A stretch of DNA of 64,000 bases from Octopus sinensis (lineage: Eukaryota): positions 24,242,001 to 24,306,000 of the forward strand of contig NC_043008.1 in the NCBI RefSeq assembly GCF_006345805.1, in the 5' to 3' direction. The translations under genes were made by a program, and so were the position numbers. The notes beneath the pieces are model-generated. The model ran no database searches. It was not told where the DNA came from and saw only the letters and a program-made list of their open reading frames with translations. Shown in pieces: positions 55,130 through 64,000 of the stretch. Each line of letters begins with the position of its first letter. Position 1 is the stretch's first letter.

Positions 55130-55559
55130 ACTGTTGTGTTTGGGGAGAGTGATTCTCTTTTTGTGCCTTATTATTTAACACACTAACCGGTAAAATTTCC
55201 ACTAGTTTCTTATCTTTATTTTCTAAAATTTTCGTTGTGTCTCTCAACCTTTTCAATAGTCTTGACTCTGTCCGTTATTTACACTGCGTTCCCTTTTGTT
55301 TGTTTGTGCGCATGTGTGTGGGTCAGTGGGCCAGTATGTGTGTGTGCCTATACATGCATGCATGTAAGTATGTATGTGTGTGTGTGTATTTGCATGTGTA
55401 TGTATGCATATATGTGTGTGTATGCATATGTATGTGTGTGCATCTGTATGTACGTATCCTGCATATTTATGTGCATGCCTGTTCCGTGTTTGTGTATTTT
55501 CTATGTGTGTGTGAGCATGTGCTTGTATATGTATGCACCTCTGTCTCCTTGTGTGTGCA

Positions 55560-55590
<31 letters not shown>

Positions 55591-56790
55591 TATGTAACTA
55601 TGTACCATGTTTGTATGTATGGATGTGTATCTTTATATGTGTGGATCCGTGTCTCCATATGTGTCTGTTCTTGTAACCTATGTACCTATCCGTCTGTATG
55701 TTGATCTGTTTGTTTATTTACATATCTAAATGCTTACATACAGAAATAAAAAAAAGGCATGCATACATACTCACACCCACATACATACATACATTTATCT
55801 ATCTAACAATCCACTAGCTATTCTACTCTACCTGTGTAAACTGTGGGTATGGAGGTATGGCATTTATTGTGTATATTTCCTATGTAATATTGGAGAGGTT
55901 TCATTTATAAGAACGTACTCCCGTATTTGTCTGAGTGTTGGGTCTTTTGGGTGCTTGAATAAGACGTGGATGTCGAGTTGACCCAAGTTACCTCCATGGT
56001 GGTCTTTAGCATGTTGGTAGAGTATGGAGGACTGTTTTCTGTCGTCATATTGTCTTAGATGTTCATTTATCCGTTCCGCAATGCTCCTAGACGTCTCCCC
56101 TATGTACATCATGTTCATGTCCTTACAAGCACCTTCTATGCATCTTATGCTGTAAACTACATTTCGAGTTCTACAGTTAATACCAAGGCTAATTCTACAT
56201 ACCATGCAGTTACCATTGGTGCATATGGTATTCTTAAACGGGTACGTCCTACGTAGTTTTGATCTGACGGAGTTCCCTGGCTTTTCAATAATTTTAATGT
56301 TGAGTTTGGTCTCCTTCAGAACTTTTCTAAATCTACGGGCTAGTTCTCCATGGGCTGTGGCCTCTACAAACATCACTCCTTGATATTTGTCGGTTTTATA
56401 CGACGTGTTCGCCCTGTATGCTTTGTCACAAGTTCTTTGTATTCTATTCCATTCTTTGTTTCTATATCTAGGGCAGGTACCACTGGCATCATTACGTATA
56501 ATGTTATCTAATTTCTTTCTAGCCCCCCTGTATACAAGAACCCTATCTTTCTGATCATATTCAGAGAACTACATGCGGTGTATGAAGTTCTGTATATGTT
56601 TCTTCATTTCATAGGGTTCGCATAGTGGGGACACATTGTTCATTATTCTAACTAGGTCTGCTACTAGTATGTTAATTTTCATATTGTGTGACAAAGCTGA
56701 GTTCTTGTGAACAACATATTTTGAAGTTACAGGTTTCATTTAATTAGAGTGGAGGAGCTGCACTCTATTGTTCACATTCTCTAACCATAT
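55130..56790 (-). mobile_element. Third Penelope-like family, 3' part with GIY-YIG endonuclease and pseudo-LTR
   Basis: ORF 55864-56376 contains C....CMVC, CRTRNVVYSIRC, YIGETSRSIAERINEH, HAKDHH and RQIRE. Confidence 0.88.
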
Positions 56791-57009
56791 ATATATATAT
56801 ATATATATATAAGCATTTTTATAAGGATAAGATCGTTATTTTAAATACCGATCATATCAAGTGGCCAGCATGGAAACAAAAACCACTGCGATGGTATTTT
56901 GACCATATAGCACGTGGAGTTTAGACGTGCAATTAAACCGATCATGTACATACGTAAATATATACGTGTGTATACGTGCGTATATGTAAGTATTCGTACT
57001 ATATATAAT

Positions 57010-57522
57010 GAGAATTATAATGTTAATTATTTAGATGTTAATTTTAATCTAATTACAGGTAAAACACAACCATATCATAAATTTAATGAAAACCTTATAT
57101 ATATATATAAATGTTAATAGTAATCACCCACCATCAATTAAAAAATCGTTGATTAATAATATAAGTAAACGTATATCATTACTTTCTTATGATTTAGAGA
57201 TTTTTAATAAACATGCACCTTATTACAATGAGGCCCTACGAGAGGCAGGTTATAATAGTAATATTAAATTTTTTAATAAAAAGTAAAGATAATAATATTA
57301 ATAATAATTATAATAATCATGTTAGTCATATTAGTAGTAATTATAAAAATAAAAATTAAATTAAAGATAAGACAGATTTTAATATTAATTCAATAAATGT
57401 TAATTATAATTATAAATTTAATTTTAATAATATCATAAAGAAATATAATAATTGTAATGGTAATAATGATAATGGTAATAATAATAATAATAGTAATAAT
57501 AATGGGATTAATTATAATAATC

Positions 57523-57571
<49 letters not shown>

Positions 57572-58500
57572 GAATAAGAATAAGAATAATAATGATAGTA
57601 ATAATAATAATAAGAATAAGAATAAGAATAATATTTGGTTAATTGTTCCTTATGGTGCTCAGGTTAAAACTAACATTATTAAAGAGATTTTAGATATTAT
57701 TGAACAATTCATTCATGATAATCGTAAATAGAAAAATGTTCCTAGTAATAACTTTGGAGAAGGTTATTCTACCACTAATAGTGTAGGCAACATTATTTCT
57801 TCTTTTAACAAATTTAAGCTGAATAATTTTTATAAAAATAAATTTTATAATAATACCAATAATAATAAAGATAAGACACTCATTAACTGTACATGTAGAG
57901 ATAAAACTAAGTGTAAATTTAATAATAAATGTGATTTAAACGATGTAGTGTATAAATGTATAGTTACATCAATTAATGAGAATAATAGGAACAATAATAA
58001 CTTAAACTCAATATATATAGGGTCTACTTCCTCTAAAATAATATTAAGACTCGCGCAGCATATGTATTCATTTAAAAATAAAAACCTAATTAACTCTACA
58101 GGACTTAGCAAATACATTTGGGGGCTTAAATCCCAAAGTATTAAGTATGATTTAAGGTGGGAAATAATAAGTAAGGCCAAATCATATAGTATAGGAGGCA
58201 ATTATTGTTATTTATGTTCAAATGAGTTTAAAGAAATTTTATTCAATGATCATAATAATTTAGTGAATAATTTGGATGAGCGTAAAATAAAATGCAGACA
58301 CAGGTTACTTTACTTATATAATAAATTTCTAGATAAATAATGACTATATCTAAACTCTACTTTGTTCCTAATTTGTGGATATATGTACTAGTATTAATGT
58401 AAAATTTAGTATGTGATTTATAATACTTATTACAGGATTTTATATGTTATATCAAATAAGTAATTTAATATTTTAATAATTTTATAAATATATTACTTAA
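57010..58500 (+). mobile_element. Extremely AT-rich Penelope-like element 3' half with (AAT)n expansions
   Basis: VNYLDVNFNL, NSNHPPSIKKSL, APYYNEAL, VYKC..YIGST..RLAQH..TGLSKYIW, CYLCSNE and CRH. Homologous to 46817-47905. Confidence 0.85.
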
Positions 58501-58528
58501 GAATAGTAGTGTAGTGTTTCCAATTCTT

Positions 58529-58769
58529 TGGATTTGGTTAAAAAGAGACTATGAGCGATGGCTAGAAGAATATTGAGCTTAACTTCATAACCAGCTGATC
58601 TAGCAAGCGGGGCCTCATATCAGTGAGGGGGGGGGCGCATTGATGCCATCGAGAGGTAGGCCCCGAAACGGCGCGCATTCTCTCCTGATGACCCCATACA
58701 CTTGCTGGCTTCCAGTATACGGAGCTTTTGACTGGTAGCATTTGCATGTGCAAGTTGTTTTCAAGACAT
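58529..58769 (+). repeat. Upstream direct repeat (copy of the ORF end plus 3' UTR)
   Basis: TGGATTTGGTTAAAAAGAGAC ... GTTGTTTTCAAGACAT matches 62225-62455 with a few substitutions and a ~10-nt indel. Confidence 0.97.
58600..58708 (+). ncRNA. Permuted hammerhead-like motif, upstream copy (AUC triplet, one stem III mismatch)
   Basis: CTAGCAAG c GGGGCC ... GCCATC|GAGAG gta GGCCCC GAAACGGC gcgcatt CTCTC CTGATGA ... CTTGCTGG. Confidence 0.6.
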
Positions 58770-58799
58770 TTAAGACCTTGTGGTAGGTAACCACTGACA

Positions 58800-58895
58800 A
58801 ACCGGAAAGACGGTTAGGCATCTTGGAAAGACAAGAGGACTGCTCGGAAAGACGAGTGGACAATAGGAAAGACTATCGACATCAGGAAAGACTGG
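58800..58895 (+). promoter_or_regulatory. Array of five hairpins with an invariant G-GAAAGA-C loop in the 5' UTR
   Basis: Stems AACCG/CGGTT, TCTTG/CAAGA, CTGCTCG/CGAGTGG, ATAG/CTAT and TCAG/CTGG, each closing GAAAGA. Confidence 0.85.
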
Positions 58896-61800
58896 CGGAG
58901 GCTGCGGACTTACGATCCTCGCCTTTGTAATATATTGTAACAGAAATAAATGGAAATGACAGCCCCACGATTGACCGAGAGGGGGAAGTCGAGAATCAAT
59001 CAAACCCAGTCAGCACGGGAATGACCTTGGAAACGAATACGATTATTCATTCGAACAGCGAACGAAATGCAAACAACTTTAGATGCAAGCTGTGCTATAG
59101 AACCTTTGCAACTGTGAGAGGCTTGAAGATACATCAGGGAAAGACTTGTGAGAAGAGCACAGAGCAGTGTGGATCGTCAGATCGTAAAACACGTGGCAAA
59201 TCATCCCCGGACTCAAACCACAGCGGATCGATAAATGCTACAGCAGAGACCTCTTCACGGGATGAAACTACAAGTCATGAAACTGGTGCATCGGATAATA
59301 CTCAGAGGAAACCGAGGGTTTTGTGGCCTGCTGCTAATGAGAAAGTGAAATATAAAGAGTTTGAAAACAAGGTTTGTTGGGCTCTTTAGAAAATGACAGT
59401 GTAAATTATCAAGCTCAATATACGATATAGGAAAAGATTTATTTGGAGTAAAAGAGAATATCCGACTAGAGAAAGGAAAGTGTGGACCAAGCAGGAGGAT
59501 CAGAAAAATGCAGCAGTTGAGGAAGGAAAAGTCCAACTTAAGAAAGCGATGGAGATGTGCTGCACTAGATGAGAAACCTGGCCTTGCGCTGCTGTATAAC
59601 GATTTGAAGAGGAAATGTTGTTATGTGGAACGACATATCCGCCGATATGAGCGTCAAAAGGAGAGTAAAAGGACTCGGGGGCAATTTCTGAAGGACCCGT
59701 ACGAGTTTACTAAGAAGCTGTTCACTGAACCGAAGAGTGGTACTTTATCGTGCACAAAAGAAGAACTGGATGCTCATATCAAGGAAACCTACAGCGATCC
59801 GCACCGTAACCAGCCGCTGCCACCTCTACATGGACTAAATTATCTCTCAGGACCTGATATCGAATTCCAGATTGGGGACATCAGGGAGAGAGAGGTGAAA
59901 TACTTCTTAAGAAAAGCTAGAGCAAAGAGTGCCCCAGGAGGTGATGGCGTCTCATATAAAGTCTACAAGTACTGCAATCGTCTGCGAAAGAAGCTCTTCG
60001 TCCTACTCCGACAACTGTGGCGCGAGGAGACTATAGTAGAGGATTGGTGTAAGGCAGAAGGTATATACCTGCCGAAAGAGGCCAATGCAAAGACCATAAA
60101 ACAGTTTAGGCCGATATCCTTATTGAATGTGGGAAATTCTGTCGAGGAGAACAGTGACATATTTATAGAGTAACGGATATGTTGATGAATCTGTTCAAAA
60201 GGCCGGAATCCCCGGGATTCCTGGATGCGTTGAACTCTGTTTTTCGATTTGGAAAGCGATCCAAGACTCCAAACGGAACAGGAAAAGTCTGAACGTAGTA
60301 TGGCTCGACCTAGCTAACGCGTATGGTTCAGTGCCACACGAATTACTAATAACAGTCATGGACCACTTCTACATTCCTGACAAAGTGATCAGAATAATGA
60401 GGATGTACTATGACAGTTTCGAAATGAGGTTTACAGCTGGAGGTTTTACAACAGATTGGCACCGATTGGAGATTGGCATTGCTGCTGGCTGTACAATATA
60501 TGTCACGTGGTTTATCTTAGTCATGGAAATGATTTTGAAAGGTGTAGATTTTTCGGAACAAATCGCCCATATACAATCGCCTAAGAAAGCCTTCATGGAT
60601 GACGTGAAACCTCTAGCTACAGATAAACAAATCATGCAGAATGCCCTCTTGAGATTAGACGAACTTGTGAGGTGGTCAAGGATGCGATTTAAAGCAAATA
60701 AGTCGCGTAGTCTGACATTTGTTAAGGGAGTGCAGAAAGAATTTAAGTTTCGAATATCTGAAGAAAGCATTCCAACAGTCAAGGAAGAGCCCGTCAAGAG
60801 CTTGGGACGAGTATACGCTGGAACATTGTCAGACAGAAGTCGTGGGATTGAAATTATGAAACAGGCCGAGGCTGGGTTATCAGCGATTGATAATTCGAAG
60901 TTACCAGGTAACTATAAAATTTGGTGCTTGCAGTTCGGCTTGTACCCGCGACTTGCGTGGCCACTTTTAATATACGAGGTAGCATTGTCACGAGTTGAAA
61001 TCATAGAACAAAAATGTAATGTGTTCATTAGGAAGTGGCTAGGCCTACCTCGTATGTTGAACAGTTCAGCTCTTTATCGGAAAAGAGGTTCGTTGCAGCT
61101 ACCAATAGCATCAATAGTCGAAATATATAAGCTGGGGAAGATACGGACGGTCATGATGCTAAGAGAACCGAAGGATATGGAAATCAGGCGTAACCCACCA
61201 GAGGTGAAAACATCCAGGGAGTGGAAAGCAGAAGCAGAAACTGACGACGTCTTGTCTTCTCTTATACACAGAGATATGGTGGGTGCAACGCAGAACCATC
61301 GGAAAGGACTTGGTTTTGGCGCAGATCAGTTCAGACCGTTTGCAAGCATGATGCAGAGTGAACGCAGATCTGTTGTTAGCAACAGCGTCAAAACAAGAGA
61401 AGCAGAGAGAAGAGAGCTTCATTCGATCCGATGTTTTCATCAAGGTCAGATGACGAGATGGGAAGAACATGTTGTTGAGAGGAAGATAAGTTAGGATGAG
61501 ATGTGGAAATGGACGACATCTCGGCTGAATTTCCTGATTCGTTTATCTTATGATGTTTTGCCATCACCTACGAATCTAGTAAGATGGAATGTCTCAGAGA
61601 ATGACATCTGCAAATGTGGAAAGGTCGGTACACTGAAACATATTCTTTCCAACTGTTCATTAGCATTGAACAGGTATACACGGAGGCACAACTTGGTCCT
61701 TATGGTTATCTTCAATGCTATAAAGAACCAAATTCATCTCAACAACACAAAAAAACCGTTAAAAGTACCATCTAGAGATTTCGTTACCTTCGTGCGACCA

Positions 61801-62224
61801 GGTCAGCGGATCCGTTTCAAGAAGATCAAGAAACTTCCTGAGAGAAATGAAAAGTGGAACGGCTATTGGGAGGTAACTGCAGATTTACCTGGGTGCCAAG
61901 TTTTCTTTCCCATCCCAGTTACGAAAAAACCAGATATTTTGATGTGCTGTGAAAGAAAGAGAGTTGTAAATATAGTCGAGCTAACGGTTCCTCAAGAAGA
62001 TAATATGGACGCCGCTCGGGCTCGAAAATTGAACCGTTAATATAAACCTCCTCGAGGAATGTCAAGACGCAGGCTGGAAAACGGAACGTTTTCCAATCCA
62101 AGTCGGATGTAAAGGGTTCGTTGGACACCGTGTGAGACGACCGTTGTTATCGCTAGGCCTAACTCATCGTAAAGTCAATACCACCATGACTGATATCCAA
62201 TCTACAGTGGAGAAGGCTAGCCAC

Positions 62225-62455
62225 TGGATTTGGTTAAAAAGAGACAATGAGCGATGGCTAGAAGAATATTGAACTTAAATTCATAACCAGCTGATCCAGC
62301 AAGCGGGGCCTCATATCGGGGCGCATTGATGCCGTCGAGAGGTAGGCCCCGAAACGGCGCGCATTCTCTCCTGATGACCCAATACACTTGCTGGCTTCCG
62401 GTATACGGAGCTTTTGACTGGTAGCACTTGCATGTGCAAGTTGTTTTCAAGACAT
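62225..62455 (+). repeat. Downstream direct repeat
   Basis: Matches 58529-58769. Confidence 0.97.
62296..62394 (+). ncRNA. Permuted hammerhead-like motif, downstream copy with intact core
   Basis: CCAGCAAG c GGGGCC ... GCCGTC|GAGAG gta GGCCCC GAAACGGC gcgcatt CTCTC CTGATGA cccaataca CTTGCTGG. Confidence 0.7.
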
Positions 62456-64000
62456 CGACATATGAGGTTTTGTATTAGTCAATAAAAGTTATAAAATATT
62501 TTTTATTTACTTAAAGTTAGGTTATATTTAGATGTTTATTATATTACTAAATATTTAATGGTTTTAATGAATATAGATTATATGAAGGTTTTAATTTTGA
62601 ATGTATAGGACAATAATCTTTTCTTTATGTAATGTTTTTTAAAATGATAATTTATTCAATTATAGAACGATGTATTTGATCTATAGATAAATTAATTTAC
62701 CTATATAAGTAGTTTAATTTATTATTTTGAGTATTAATATGATATGATATATAATATAAATATATATTTATCTTATACTAGAGTTAAGTTTATATTTTGT
62801 TATAGTTTTGTTATAAATTTGTTAAATTAATCAATTTATATGTATTTTCTATATATTTGAAGTAGATTTATTTAGATGTTTATTTAATTAATATTATTTA
62901 ATGAACGTTATTAGAATATAGTTTTTTATATTAATTTTGTTCATATTAAAGATAATGCTTGAATTACTACTGAATTAATTTTGAATGTGTCTAATGGTTA
63001 TTTTTTAATTTTTTATTTATATTAATTTGTCTACTACGTAATTTTTTTATATAAATTAATTAAATCTTATATGATTTTTAGAGTATACACAGTAATTGGT
63101 AGTTATATTAATTATTTAATATTGAGTATTAAGTATAATTTATTGTAGTTATTTTAATAATAAATCTTATAGTATATAGTGGTTTTATTCTATAATCGTG
63201 ACTTCATTCTATTTACATTTATTGATAAATATAGCTGTTTCCATTGACAATATTTATTCACAATTTTCATTGATAAAATATATTCGTAGTTTTTCATTGT
63301 TAAAAGAATTCTTCATCTATTTATTCTATTTCTGTTAATAACGTAATTCCACGAGTATTCTTATAAACGCTTAAAATACGTTTTCCGTTTTAAAAGTTTA
63401 CTTCATCATACAGCCTTGGAAAGCTAAGTAATCTATTTCTATTTAAGATTTTAAAATTTAAAAGTTTTAAAATATTTTAATAAGTCTTATTGTATTTGAT
63501 TGTTATGTAATGATTTAGTTGTTGAAATTATGTATATAATTATGAGATTTTAACTCTACATTATTTGTAAGATATTACTTAGCCAAAGATATATATATAG
63601 ATCGTTAATAGTTATACGATTTTTTAAAAGTTAGGTTTCTGGTTTATAGTTTGATTTTAATCTTTAATTTTTTAATGTATCTCATAATTATATTATATTA
63701 ATATTTAATATTCATGTAATTAGTATTGGATTAATTAATTAATTTATTTTTCTTTATATGTCTATACATTTATTGATAGCGTAAATTTTAGTTTTTAATC
63801 ACTATATTTGTTGATAGTAATTTAGTCATTATTTTTAAATATTTTATAATTATTACATGTGTACTTAAATCTAAAATATGAATAATGACTATTTAGTTAA
63901 ATAATTTGGTAATTCAATGTTTGGACTATAACTGAGTTAAGGATATTTGGGAGTTTATTATGTTTTTTTAAGCCATATTATATATACATATATATTCATA
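62456..64000. other. Extremely AT-rich low-complexity tract, possibly the continuation of the PLE 3' region split by the HERO insertion
   Basis: Composition matches 58340-58528; no ORFs in the track. Confidence 0.45.

Larger units (their letters stand above)
58529..62455 (+). mobile_element. Near-full-length HERO-like non-LTR retrotransposon (zinc finger, RT, restriction-like endonuclease) with terminal direct repeats
   Basis: CKLCYRTFATVRGLKIHQGKTC, SAPGGDG, QFRPISLLNV, WLDLANAYGSVPH, GIAAGCTI, AFMDDV, PVKSLG, CKCGK..TLKHILSNC, KPDI..ELTVP and the end HWIWLKRDNERWLEEY* (stop 62270-62272). Several in-frame stops and frameshifts. Confidence 0.92.

Noticed and set aside
58800-58895. CRISPR-like reading of the regularly spaced GGAAAGAC repeats
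   Set aside because: The repeat is only 8 nt, the 'spacers' are 11-13 nt and form the hairpin stems, the context is eukaryotic and no cas genes are present.
58529-62455. LTR retrotransposon interpretation of the direct repeats
   Set aside because: There is no integrase, protease, RNase H, PBS or canonical TG..CA pair. The protein is an RLE-type non-LTR ORF and the repeat includes its last codons.

Overview
AT-rich, microsatellite-saturated eukaryotic DNA with one 100-N scaffold gap. The SINE and LINE repertoire points to a cephalopod, most likely Octopus; this is inference from remembered repeat families. I found no convincing host gene. The window is a stack of mobile-element relics: CR1-like, RTE, R4/Dong, Tx1/L1 and two HERO-like restriction-endonuclease LINEs, several Penelope-like elements (PLEs), maT/mariner fragments and about four SINE types. 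At least six minimal type I hammerhead motifs are visible. The most interesting object is a near-full-length HERO-like LINE (58529-62455) bounded by ~235-bp direct repeats. Each repeat holds all hammerhead core elements in a non-circularly permuted, pseudoknotted order, and the upstream repeat is followed by five hairpins with different stems but an identical GAAAGA loop. A diverged second HERO-like family (39709-39806) carries the same permuted fold with different, still complementary stems. All pairings were derived by eye, and no activity is demonstrated.
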